From the human T2T-CHM13v2.0 reference genome, Homo sapiens: a stretch of DNA of 64,000 bases. The stretch lies in NCBI RefSeq assembly GCF_009914755.1, contig NC_060928.1; one strand, written 5' to 3'. This document shows positions 12,356-25,235 of the stretch, piece by piece. The notes under the pieces were generated by a model. It was not told the origin of the DNA, ran no database searches, and was given only the letters and a program-made list of their open reading frames with translations. The number at the start of each line of letters is the position of its first letter. Within the stretch, counting starts at the first letter, position 1. The position numbers and the translations under genes are program-made.

Positions 12356-15067
12356 AGGTCAAACAGTATTAAACTATTTTAACCTTTTCATCAACTATTG
12401 CAATTTCTGTTTGACAATAACTCAGTTTAATAATTCTCCTATACAGGCAAATCACTTCACAAATCAAAATCATTTACAGCCATGTACAATGTCATAGAGA
12501 AACATCACAATTACTTTAAAGAGGTTTGATTTAAATTGTATCATATATTTACATATTCTAAAATGTAAAATTTTCCCCCAAATTTCTTATCAGTCTACCT
12601 TCCTTTGAGATAATAAATGTTCATAGCACAAAGTAAACATTCTTTGAGATAAGTAGATTGTTATTAAAATAAGTAATAAACATTTAAAGATGATTATGTC
12701 AGAAAGGTCACCATTTTCAAGGCTAACGTAGGAAGTTGTGGGTATAAACTGGACAAAAGCAGTCAGTTTTAGCCTCTCCAGCTACTTCTCTGTTTGATAA
12801 ATGTTTGTCTGGAAAAGCTTCAGTTTTAAAGGGGAAATATTTAGTCTCTATTGCTCACAGAATATACTTGCTTTCCGTATTCTGAAGAACTTGGTTTCCT
12901 CTAAAACAGTTAAAAAAAATTTTTTTTTAGCCTTTCAAGGTACAGAAGTTTCTGCCAACTGACCAGAAGTGCTAATGTCTCTGGCACTTACAATGGAACT
13001 CACAGATCATATGCATGAAATATATCTTAGTTATGTTTTTCAAAATGTGTAGGATGCTTTAGAATTTTCTTCTCAATATCTTATGTACAGAAAGAAATGG
13101 ATAAAGAAAATGAGTACTGAATTATTCATTCTTGCTTCCAACCTAGTTTTAAGTAGAAACTTAATAACTGAAATAAGATGTTTGAAATGGAAACTGTGAG
13201 CAATAAGTAATCAAGAAGATGATACACAAAGTGTTAGAGTTGACAAGTGTTCAGAAATTCTATTTGAGAAACCAGTAAATAAGTAAATGAGAGACTTCTA
13301 AAGACGGGAGAGTAAAGAGTTCTAGCACTTGCTTTGAAATTCTTCCATGGCTCAGAATGAGTCATTACAATTTTTTTTCTCCACTCTCTCTCTCTCTCCA
13401 TTGAATGCAGAAAGAGCATTTCTCTTTCTATTACCTCTTCCTCATGTGTGTTGTGTAGACAGACATGCCTGTGTGTATGCATGCACACACACACATGGTT
13501 ACAGGAATTTTCTCTTCAAATATTCCCCCCTACACCTGACAAATCTACATTAAACTTTCTTCAGTCTCTCTGATGCACCTGCATTCTGATTTCCCGGCTA
13601 GGGAAGAGAGTGGAAACTTTTGGAAGCTATCAAATTCCTCTTACATCAGCCAGGTAAATGAGTTACACATGGCTTTTAGTGTTCATGGGCGCTCCCTAAT
13701 AACGTGATGAGGAACAAATGCAATCCACAGTCATGCATACAAACATACCAACATCGCATAATTTATTCCTGTGTTGTGAAGCTTGTGGTTGTGAAAATAT
13801 TTTGTGCACCATAAAATACTATACAACTTTTAGTTACTGTTCGTTTCTACACATCATATCTATCAATTCACTCTAAATTCCCAATGATCCAAACTTAATA
13901 AATCTTCCTGGCTTTCTAATTGTAAATAAGAATGTTAATGATACTCTTTTATTTTACAGATGTTATGTAAATAATAGAAACAAAAATATGCAATTATGAG
14001 ACCTTAAAACAACTTTAGACATGGATAACAATATTGATATCTTCCACTTATTGAGCAATAGATAATACTAACTTTTTCACAACATCTAGTTTAATCTTTA
14101 CAGTAGCAGAAACTGAGACTTAGAAAAGCTAAGTAACTTTCAAGATCTAGCAGTTAATTAAAGTTATATTCAAACTCCGATCTTCTGAATCCAAAGCTAA
14201 TAGCATAGCCACTATTAATAGTGCTAATGACTCATGATGATGGGCATGCATTATGTTATTCTGTGAGCTTATTATTCCTATTTTATAGATAAGAAAATGA
14301 GGCCTAAAGATAAGTGAATTTATAGGAAAAATTATAACGCTCTTCCCATTTATTTTTTGATTTATTTCATAATTATTTCATTATTACCATTTTTATTTAT
14401 TTTTTTCCACAAACATTTATTAAGCGCTGTGTTCGGTATGCTATCTGGGCTGTGAACACAAGCATAAACAAAACAATTTTGGTGCTTGCTCTCAAAGAAC
14501 TGACAGCCCAGTACACACAACGTGATTCAACAAGCAACGCAGAGTGATACCACAGGATGTCAAGGAAGCCAGGTGGTGTCCCAGTCCCTTCAGAAATCCC
14601 CAGAACATCTTATGAAGGGCAGCAATCAGCAACCACTATTCTTCACGCAAGAGACAGCAGCGATGGTTGTTGCTGCCTTAGGCTGATCATAAGAGTACAA
14701 TCATCCAGCCGCCAGAAAGTTGGGCTCACTGCTACGAACCACCTGGAAAGTGCTGGGGCCATTTCCTGGCATCTGAGCCTAATATTTCCATGGCATCTGG
14801 TCATGAATTCACTAAACATTTATTTAGTGTGTACAGTATGCTAGGCACCAGAGACATAAAGTCAAATAACATACCAAGAAAACACTGCTGTGCTTGCAAA
14901 GAACAGTAAAGCAACAAAGTACACTGTGGATACGTGCTCAGGGAATTCTCACATTCTCACAACCTATGTCCCCTAGAGAAGTCACGTAGACTCAGTGCTG
15001 ATAATAAAGCACCAACTGCTGTAAACGTTGTACAATTTCAGAAAATCAAATGAAGAAACTTATAACT

Positions 15068-15194
15068 AGAATGACCATCCATCTCAAGTTGCCCACGCCA
15101 GCTTCAGATTACACTTTGCCTCGGCATAACCAAAGCACGCCTTTTCACTGTCACAAGTGATCTCATTTGTTTAATAAATTATTTGTTCACCCAA
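15068..15194 (-). mobile_element. MER94 (hAT-Blackjack) remnant
   Basis: Degenerate termini tagaatgacca...tgttcacccaa, with internal ccttttcactgtcacaagtg...ataaattat. Confidence 0.55.
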
Positions 15195-16099
15195 CTTTTG
15201 ATTAATGGAAGTTAATAACCACTTTGTTTTAATATACAGGAAATGGCTTAATTTTCATTTCTGGAACACTGTGTGCTAGGCACTATACTTGTGTCCCCTC
15301 ATCTTCACAAGAAGTAAATGCAGTGGGATTATCTCTGCTCTATAGATGAGGAAACTGAGGTTTTAGAGAGTTCAGTTTCTTGCCCAAGGATCACATAAAC
15401 GCTAAATGGTAATGCTAGGATTCAGCTACAAGGCTGTCTGGCTCCTCCACTGTGGCAGCATATAGATTAAGTTTGACAACAACATTCAAGAGTAGAGAAG
15501 GGCATCCTTAAAGGGGCCGTGGATAATGTGCTACCTGCCCAGTGGGGAGACATCAGGACGTGAGCTCTAAGATAAGCAGTCATGACCATCATTGAGCTCA
15601 CTGAAAGGCCTGCACAGTCATCAGTCATACCCACTTCCCCTAGGCTTAACTCTCACTGGCCATTTCTTCAGCTCTCACACGTTGATGCTGACGACAACAC
15701 ACACACCAGGCTCACAGGGGGCTGACTACTTGCAGAGGGTGATGTGTCCTGACCATGTAAGCGCTCTGTCATTATACTTCCTTCAGAGAGGGTCTTTACG
15801 TCTTTGCAAGTGTCCTTTCTACCTTCATCCATATGGAGGCTTAATATAGTGCCTAAGGGCCATGAAAAGAGAATTTTTCACCAGTGAAATGGAACTTTTA
15901 TGGTCTGTGAAAAGATGCATCTCTTTCGTTAGTCCCTTTATTTACCTCTGCAGTACTATAAACTGAAGCAGGAAATTGTACTTTCAGATTAGGAAACACT
16001 GTGGAAGATGTAGTTAGGGATTTTCATGGGAATTTGCCCCAGTTGCTCAGGCTTTCTCATCCTCAGTAAAACTTGCTTAATTGGTTTGCCTAGTAATAA

Positions 16100-17160
16100 A
16101 AGTAATTTTTCATAATTGTAGATAATACAGACAAGAGAGAAAGGTATAAAAAGAAAATAAAAATTGCCTGTAATCTCAGCACTGAGTGATCACCATAATA
16201 ATGTTTTAATTTATATTTTCTGGATGTTTTTCCATGCTAATTCACATGTACAAGTAGTTTGCTATTTTAATAAAACTGTGGCATATTATACATATTCTTT
16301 TATAAGCTATTTTCTCCATAACATATTATAAGTATTTTTATGTTATAAATGCAGATCTAAGAACTTTCCTTTTATGGTGAAATGCTCTATCATGTGGCTC
16401 TTCCCCAATTATTTAACCACGCCCAAAGAGCAAGTTATTTAGGGTTGGTTGGTTGGTTTTTGTTTCTGTTGCTACTACACAAAATGCTAAAATGAAGATT
16501 ATTACTCAGACAGTTCTGTGTAGTTGTTCATTCAGGTTTTTTTTTTTTTTTTTTTAAGATATACCCCTAAAAATCAAATCTTTTACATTTTGACTCATCA
16601 CCAGCCTTTTCTCCAGATGGAGTAGCAATATATACTCTCTTCATCAGTGTCTAAAACCCTGTTTACTCCATGGCCTCACCAATACTAGTGATCCTCAAAC
16701 TTTTCAAATATGACTGCTTTAATCAGAATTTTTAATTGTATTGTTAGTTACAATTAAATTTATTCAATTGAATAAGTAATATTTAAAAATAATTTAACTA
16801 ATTAAAATTTAATTTAAATTGTCTATTTGCTAGTATGCTTAGATGTATTTGTCACATATTTTTGGAAATCTGTATGTTCTTTTTTTGAGAAGGGCATGTT
16901 TATATCCATTTCCCATTTTGTCACTAAAACGTTTGAATTTTTTTATTCATTTGTAAGAGTTCCTTATACATTAACAATATAGAAGTTTTTTGTTTTTTGT
17001 TTTTTTTGAGACGGAGTCTGGCTCTGTCGCCCAGGCTGGAGTGCAGTGGCACAATCTCGGCCCACTGCAAGCTCTGCCTCCCACAATATAGAAGCTTTAT
17101 CTGCTGTTCACGTTGCAAACCTCTTCCCCCAAGTGGTCATCTATCTTTTTATCGATTATG
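16100..17160 (-). mobile_element. Ancient L1M fragment(s)
   Basis: T-rich L1-like antisense text (ttcatttgtaagagttccttatacatt...gttgcaaac...cccaagtggtc); heavily diverged. Confidence 0.5.
16986..17082 (-). mobile_element. Severely 5'-truncated AluY-type element with perfect 12-bp TSD
   Basis: T-rich tail plus 3' ~75 nt of Alu with the AluY-diagnostic ctgcaagctc. TSD acaatatagaag at 16974-16985 and 17083-17094. Confidence 0.92.
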
Positions 17161-17945
17161 GGTTTCATTTTATTGACTATACATGCATATAGTATATATG
17201 CATACATTAATATATTTATATATTGTGTTTAAACATGTATACACAGACAGAGAACAGACAGAGAGACAATACTCACATTGATACAGACCAATATTCATGA
17301 CACCTCCTCAGGCCTACCTCCTCCAGGTACTTATCTAACCCTCAGTATTCTATGTGTAACTCTCTTGTGGCCTTCTGGTATGAAATTTAGTACTTCCTAT
17401 GATGTATTTTAGATATTTACATTAAAATTTTATCTTTTCTTTTGATCTTGACACCCTTTGAGCCCCACAAAGCGCCCAGCCTAGCACCTGGTTAGTATTA
17501 AATAAACGAATGGAGAAAAGCTTCGCATTTCACCCTGGGGTCTTAGACGTGAAAAAAACTGTCACACAGAGGTTGAGTCTCATGGATCTGCCCGAGCTCA
17601 CAGAGCAGAGGCAATTTTCCCGACACTCCACTCAGTACACTTTCCACTATCTTCTCTTGTTTCAAATAATATTAATAATAAAATGCACCATACAGCAGAC
17701 ATCAGTGTGAGGCTGGCTTAAAATGAGCCAAAGCACTCCTTGCCTACAAAGGCCTCAGCCACAACAGACTCCTGCTTGGCAAAACGGGAGGTGTATCAAA
17801 GCATCTGATATAGAGAGGCTCAGAGGCTCTGTGTTTAGCCACTCCCAGATGCTTTGCCTGAAGCAGCAGCCACATCTAGAGAACAGTGTCAGTCTATTTA
17901 CTTTGGTTTAAAGTCTTCAAGCCGCTAGATTTCAGTTCACTACTG

Positions 17946-17964
17946 TGACCACTAGAGGGAGCGC
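17946..17964 (+). promoter_or_regulatory. Candidate CTCF binding site
   Basis: TGACCACTAGAGGGAGCGC closely matches the CTCF core CCAC(C/T)AG(A/G)GGGCGC and lies in apparently non-repetitive DNA. Confidence 0.65.
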
Positions 17965-19963
17965 AGCTATTAGCCTGAAGAGACAAGACTGCTTGCTTAT
18001 TGCATCCTAGCTACTGCGTGGAGCCAGTGACCCCTCCCAGGTTAACCAGAATGTGACCTTGCTACTGTGCAGAAATAGTTTTTAGGCAGCCCTCTCTTCC
18101 AGTGATTCCAGAGAAGGTTGAAGACCATAGAGTTTTGTCTTTCTCTTTACTGTGAACTAATTATCCATTAGTGAGGCTCTTCAGTGGAATTTTGAAGTTA
18201 CATTTAGATGTTCACATAATCTCTCTCTCTTTCTCTCTCCTCCTCTTTATTGTTCTCTAAGAGAAAATAATCTGCACATCCCTGTTCTCAGCGTCATTTA
18301 TTCCTGCCCAAAAAGAATTCTGAACGATTGCATTTGTCTGGTGACGGCTGTTGCTACACTGAAATAGGAAACATCAAGAAATAGCTTTACTCTTTAATCT
18401 AATATAAAGTATTAAATGCCAAATGGTTCTAGAATGGAGTTCCTTTTGATCTTATGTTCGATTAAAACTTTTTCAGGAAATAGATTCAGAGGTACCTTTT
18501 GTCACATTATTTGTTGTTCAGTCACAGAGGACATAGGAAATTTAGCATTTGTCATCTTTTTCTATGCTTTGAATACTTCTTGAATTTACACAGCTTGTAA
18601 CAAACCCATCAAACCCTTTGAATCTAGAAATATTTGACTGAGGACAGGAATGTTTAGAACACTCTTTCTGCTTAAAAGCAATACAGATAAAGGAGAAAGA
18701 GACAGAGAGAGAGAGAGAGATTCCATCAATATCTAAGCACAGCTTCAAAATTCCACTGAAGAGCTTCACAAACAGATAATTCATTCACAGCAAAGAGAAA
18801 GACAAACCCATGCAAATTCATCAAGTATAAACGTGAGTGAGACGTGGCTGAAAGTAAGAGAGAACAGGGAATAGCATTTTATAATTTTAAAATTGCTGAG
18901 CACTCACTTTTTTAAATTGAATTCATTCCTTATCACTTGCACAAAAAAATGAATTGCCAAGCTTCACCAGGATGCTCACTGTCAGTCAAGTAACCCTAAT
19001 TCTCATTTAGAAACAGAGAAAATATCTTGTAGATATATACTAATATGTCTAAATATTGTCTACTTTAAACAGCTCAAGTTTGTAACAAATGTTACAGGGC
19101 TCCCCTGAATCAATATTCACATTGGTTCATCAGTTCACTTGAGAATGATTGAGATATTTAAAACACAGGTTTGGGGAAATAACCCATCATTTAACCAATT
19201 ATTTAACCAACCAAACTTATAGGGTCCCATAAGTGTGACCTACAAAACAGTAAGCTCACAGGTTAAATCACCTTGTATATTTTTGATACTTGTAAAATTA
19301 TATAATGTTGCCTACCCCTATAGGTTTCATCTTGACATACACAGTTCAGGTAGGAAAATAGTCTAACGCTTTCTCTCTCCCTAATTCCCTGATAAACACT
19401 AAAATTCTCAGGCAAAATTGTATAAGGACAGGTTGGACCTTGCAGCTTGAAGTGAAAGTCAGAATGTTAGATAATGTTACTGGTCTCATTGAAAAATTTT
19501 ATCAAACATCCCCTAAATTTGCTGTAAATTGAATATTTACATTAAAAACCAGAAAGTGAAGTTTTGTATATGTGTGCACAACTTGGTCTAATGTGCTCTT
19601 CTGCTTAACATGCTAATTTGAAAATTTTACGGCCTATGTTAGGTTCTAGCATTGATTTATTTTAAAAAAGAAAACAGTCAAATCCTACAAAGGGATTATT
19701 CGAGAAATCAACAAGTCAAAGCCATACTCTGAATTCTGTGGTCTTTGTATAAGAAAACAAATCTATTTATTTATAAGCATTTATAAGTAGCAGACAACCA
19801 AAAAAATTTCAAATTTAATTTAGTATGTAGATATTATAAGAGTAAAGCAGTATGCTGAAAAGATATATTGGGCAATAGAATCAGAAGATGGAGGCTACGA
19901 TGAAGTTTGCTAACACTGGGTGAAGTTGTTTAACTCTTCTAGGTTCAGTTACCTCACCTAAAA

Positions 19964-20580
19964 TTCATTCATTCATCCAAGAATATTTGTTAATTGCCCA
20001 AGATATGTGAAGCATTTTTCTACACACCAGGGAGACAGCACCCTGTCCTTATCAAAGTAATACTCTACTGGAGGGAGACAGAAAATAAGAAAAATGTGTA
20101 GATAAATATATAAAATGTACATTATATTATATTAGAGAGTCAAACATGCTATCAAAAAAGTAACAAGGAGAAGAAGGATAAAGAGTACTAGAGGGGTTGC
20201 AATTTTAAATAAGTCATCAAGAAAAAACACACTAAGACGGTTAGATTTGAGTCAAAACATAAAGAGAGGTAAATACATGCAGGTAAATACTTAAATTCCT
20301 GGAAGAGAAAGAAGTGCGTGCAAAGACCCTGGGTTGAGAGTATACCTGCCATGTTTGAGGAAGAGCAAGGGGGCCAATGTGATTGGAATGGAGTGAGTGA
20401 GAGAGAAAAGTAGGACATCAAGTCAGACAGGTAACAGAGATGGAAATGGAATGGGTTAGGCTATTGGTTATGAATTATTTTGGCTTTTCCTCTTGAGTGA
20501 GATGGGAAGTCATCACAGGATTTTGTAGAGAGAAGTGATATGATTGTCTGGCTTACATTTAATAGGATTTTCCTAGTAGT
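19964..20580 (-). mobile_element. L2 LINE 3' fragment
   Basis: Begins with the (cattc)n antisense tail; contains gtgcaaagaccctgggttgagag...catgtttgaggaagagcaagggggccaatgtgattgga typical of L2. Confidence 0.75.
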
Positions 20581-20629
20581 CTGATTTCTCAGAATGGCTT
20601 ATATGGATATCTAATTTGTTTCCGTATAT

Positions 20630-22340
20630 CCGGTTTTATTCTTTTCAATGTGGATATCCAGTTTTCTCAACATCATTTGTTGAGGAGACTATTCTTCCCC
20701 ATTGTTCATGCTTGGTACCCTTGTCAAGCATGTCAGAAATCAGTTAATCTTTTACGTATGGTTTTATTTGTGGGCTCTTTGTTCTGTTCCATTGGTCAAT
20801 ATGTCTGTTTTATGTTAATATTGTACTGTTTTAATCATTGTAGCATTGTAATAGATCTTGAAATCAGAAAGTGTGATGCCTTTAGGTTTGCTTTTCTTTC
20901 TCAAGGTTACTTTGGCTATTCAAGATCTTTTGTAGTTACATATAAATTTTAGAATTTTTTTTTCTATTTCTGCAAATAATGCCATTGGATTTTGATAGGG
21001 ACTACATCGAATCTGTAGATTGTTTTGGCTAGTATGGACATTTTGACACTATTAAATCTTCTAATCCATTTACGTCGAATGCCTTTCTATTCATTTATAT
21101 CTTCTTCCATTTCTTTCATCAATGTTTTATATTTTTTCAGTGTACAAATCTTTCATCTCATTGGTGAAATGTATTCCTAAATATTTTTATCTTTTCAATG
21201 CTTTTATAAATAAGATTGTTTTCTTAATTGCCTTTTCAGAGAGTTTGTTATTAGTGTATAAACACACAACTGATTTTTATATCTTGATTTTGTATATTAC
21301 AATTATACTTACTTTTTAAATTACTTCTAACAGGTTTTTTGGTTTTTTGTTTTGTTTTGTTTGTTTTGTAGAGTCTTTAAGCTTTTCTATATGAGATCAA
21401 GTCATGTACAGAGACAATTTTACTTATTCCATTTCAATTTAGGTGCCTTTCATTTATTTTTCTTGCCTAAATGATCTGGCTAGTACTTCCAATACTATAT
21501 TGAATAGAAGTGGTGAGGGTGAGACTCTTCATCTTTTTCCTAATCTTAGAGGAAAACTTTCAGTTTTTTAATCATCTGCTATAATGTGAGCTGTGAGTTT
21601 ATCATATGTGACCTTTATTATGTAGAGGTAAATTCCTTTTACCTCTAGTTTTTTGAGTTTTTATACTGAAAGACTATTACGTTTTGTCAAACGCTTTTTC
21701 TGCATCATTAAAATGATCATGTGATTTTTATTCTTCATTCTGTTAATGTAATGTTTCACATTAATTGATTCACATGTCATGCCATCCTTGCACCCCAAAG
21801 ATGAATCCCATGATGTGTGGTACATGATGTATTGTCCTAGTCATGCTGTATGGTCCTTTTAAAGTACTGTCGAATTTGATGTGCTAGTAGTCTGTTGAGG
21901 ATTTTTGTTAATCAAGGACATTTGTGCCTGTAATTATCTTTTCTTGTGAGATTTTTGTGTGGCTTTGGTATCAGATGGACTCAAAATACGTTTGTAAATG
22001 TTCACTTTTCTTCAATCATTTTGGAGTAGTTGGAAAAGATTGGTGTTTGCTCTTCTTTAAATGTGTGGTAGAATCACCAGTGAAGACATGTGGTTCTGTG
22101 TTTTTCTTTGCTTGGAAGTTTTGATTGCTGATTCAATCTCCTTGCTTATTAGTCTGTTCATATTTTCTGTTTCTTCATGGTTCAGTCCCGGTAAGCTGTA
22201 TGAGTCTAGGAATTTATCTGTTTCTTCTAGATTACCAGTTTGTTGGTGCATAATTGTTTATAGTAGTTTTTATGGACCTTTTTATTTCTGTGTCATGAAT
22301 TGTAATGTCCACTTTTTTTATTTCTGATTTTGTTTATTTG
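20630..22340 (-). mobile_element. Old L1 (L1MA/MB-like), inverted ORF2 segment
   Basis: Minus-strand translations resemble L1 ORF2 (NLEETDKFLDSYSLPGLNHEETENMNRLISKEIESAIK; QINKIRN). Confidence 0.9.
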
Positions 22341-23220
22341 AATCCTACAACTCAATAGGAAAAAAAAAACAATGAAAAGTGGGCAAGACTGGAATAGATA
22401 TTTCTCTAAGGAAGATGTACAAATGGCTAACAGGTATATGAAAAGATGCTCAGCATCACTAATCATCAGAGAAATGCAAGTCAAAACCACAATGAGAAAT
22501 CACCTCATACCTGTTAGGATGGCTATTATCAAAAAATAATAATAACCATTGTTGCTGAGGATGTGGAGAAATTTGAACCTTTGTATACTGTTGTTGGGAA
22601 TGTAAAATGGTGCCATTGCTATGAAAAACAGTATAGAGTTTTCTAAAATAAAAATAAAAATAGAACTACTATATGATCCAGCAATCCCCCTTCCAGATAT
22701 GTATCCAAAAGAATTAAAATCAGGATCTGAAAGAGATATCTCCATTTCCATGTTCCTTGCAGCATTATTCACAATAGCCAAGATAGGGAAACAACCTAAA
22801 TTTCTATTGAGGAATGCATGGATGAAGAAAATGTGGTATGTACATATAATGGAAAATTATTCAGCCTTATAAAAGAAGAAAAGTTTGCTACATGTGACAA
22901 CACTGATGAATCTGGAAGACAGTATGGTAAGTTAAATAAGACAGTCACAGATGGACAAAAACTGCATGGTTCCACTCATAGGAAGTATCTAAAATAGTCG
23001 AACTCAAAGAAACAGTAGAATGGTGGTTACATGGGCTGGGGCAAGGGGGAAATGAGTAGTTGTTATTCAACAAATATAAAGTCTCAGTTTTGCAAGATGA
23101 ATACCTTCTAGAGATCTGCTGTGCAACAAGGTGCCTATAGTTAACATTGCTGTATTATGCACTTAACAACTTGAGAGGGTAGATCTCAGGTTAAGTGTTC
23201 TTACCACAAAAAAAAAAAAA
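22341..23220 (+). mobile_element. Old L1 (L1MA/MB-like), 3' end with poly-A
   Basis: ORF2 C-terminal remnant ([18 protein letters not shown]...[11 protein letters not shown]); 3' UTR ends ggtagatctcaggttaagtgttcttaccac followed by an A run. Confidence 0.9.
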
Positions 23221-24166
23221 GAAATATTGTTCATGACCAAAATTTTTATTGCATATGTTTTCAAAAATTTAGAGAAATATTGAGAAGGTAGGAAGCATGG
23301 AAAAGAATCTATTATTCCGCAACTCAGAGGTCAACATTTTTTTTTGTTATTTTCTTTTGGTCTTTTCTCTCTTTTTGTATGCAAATATATTTAACATTTG
23401 TAGCAACCATGAAGTTTAAATTTTGTTATATTCCCCTTAATATTAAACAATGATTCTTTTTATGTGATATCCAATATTCCCCTGTAATATAAAAAGTGTA
23501 CTGAACCAAGGCCAAGTCATTGATATGTAATATGAAATCACAACCATAACCAAGAAATTATTTGTGGTATTTGATTTCAGTTGCTCTATGGATTATTGTA
23601 TGTACTATAGGTGCTCAAACATGTTTATTGAGTGAATGTTGAATTTCAATGTAAGAAAAAATTAAATAAAAATAGGCTAAAGGACAAAAAGAAAGAGCTA
23701 GTATTCCCAATTCTGTTAAACTTGAAAGGTAGCAGAAATTGAACTTTGAATGAAGAGAGATAAAAAGCTAAGTAAGTTCAAAACTCTCCCACTCTGATCA
23801 CATTCCATCACCTAAAATCTTAACAGCACTGCTTGTACATAATATAGGTATTTTGACTGATACCCCAGTATGATGCATACTGGAGAATATTTTTGACCAT
23901 AGCTATTACATATTATAGTTAGTGCATGAAATGCAAGGTCTTTTGTTTAAAGCAGTTTTGACTCCGAAAATATACCACACAAAAATGGGAATTTAAAACT
24001 CTTTTATTCCCCATAAATGGTCATAGTGATGGAAATGATGTTACCCATTCTGAGTAACAACAATAAATATCATGCACACAGTAGGTCCTTTAAAAATATT
24101 AGTTGAATAAGTCTTTGAAGTGTGCTAATTTATTTTCCAACCTGGGTCAAACTTCCACATCTATTA

Positions 24167-24247
24167 TTAAGTTGCTGCAAAAGTAATTGCAGTTTTTGCC
24201 ATTGAAAGTAATGACAAAAAACCGCAATTAGTTTTGCACCAACCCAA
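24167..24247. mobile_element. MADE1 (Hsmar1-derived MITE)
   Basis: 81-bp near-palindrome ttaagttgctgcaaaagtaattgcagtttttgccatt...aatgacaaaaaccgcaattagttttgcaccaacccaa, with TA on both sides. Confidence 0.93.
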
Positions 24248-24534
24248 TATGTGGTAATAATAATAACTACATAAAATGGAGGCAAAAATTTCAAGTGAGA
24301 TAACATATATAAAGTACTTAGCACACTGTGTCACAGAAGTACTTAAAATGTGATTCTCCTTTCTTTTTATTTTACCTCATACAGTTGTAATCACCAATAT
24401 CTGCAACTCTACTTGAAAAATAACTGAGACCACAGTCCGCAAACATTACTAGAAGAAAGGATATTTTACACACACATACACAGGCACACACCCACCCACA
24501 TATATACATACATACATACTTGTGTACATTCAAT

Positions 24535-25235
24535 TACCAACTTAGAACTTTGAAAACCCCAAGGATCATCCTTGCTTATTTCCTCTCTCTCCCTCACTCT
24601 CACATCCAATCTCGTCACCTCTCTCTCCAAACAGTTCCAGTCTACCCAGTATTCTTTGTCCATGACCCACTTGACACTCTAGTGTGAGCCAGTCCCCATC
24701 AGTTTTCCCCTGAATTAAGTAATTCAACTGCCTGCTTCCTTTATTCTTCAATCTATGTTTCATCCTAGCATAGCCACCAGAGTGATCATTCAAAACCGTA
24801 AAACAGATCCCTCCTCTGCTCCAAAAGAAAAAAAAAAAGATCAAATGTCTTCATATTTCATTTGGGATAAAACCAAACACTTTACTGTGGCCTATGAGAC
24901 TCACAATCTGGGCCTGTCTACCTCTCTGAGCTCTCACAATTCTGGAAACTTACAGGACTGCTTTCTGTTTCTGAAACATGCCAAATTCGTTAATACCCCA
25001 CACCTTTTGCATTTGATTTCTCTGCCTGGAACACTTTATCCTAGACTGTCTCAAGCCTGTTTCTTTTTCATCATTCAGGTTTCAGCTCAAATGTCACCGA
25101 CTCAGGATGGCATTTCCTTACCACTTATTCAAAGCCGTTCTCACCTCTTCTCAGCAGCATTCTGTCCCATGATCCTGTTTAATTGTATTAATAGCATTTA
25201 TCACAGTGATGAAAGTTTCTGCTTTATTTATTTTT
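24535..25235 (+). mobile_element. L2 LINE fragment
   Basis: catagccaccagagtgatc...ctctgcctggaacactt...tcattcaggtttcagctcaaatgtcacc are typical of L2. Confidence 0.7.

Noticed and set aside
16760-16775. 16-bp perfect palindrome TTATTCAATTGAATAA
   Set aside because: Sits in extremely AT-rich low-complexity sequence where such palindromes arise readily; no other support.
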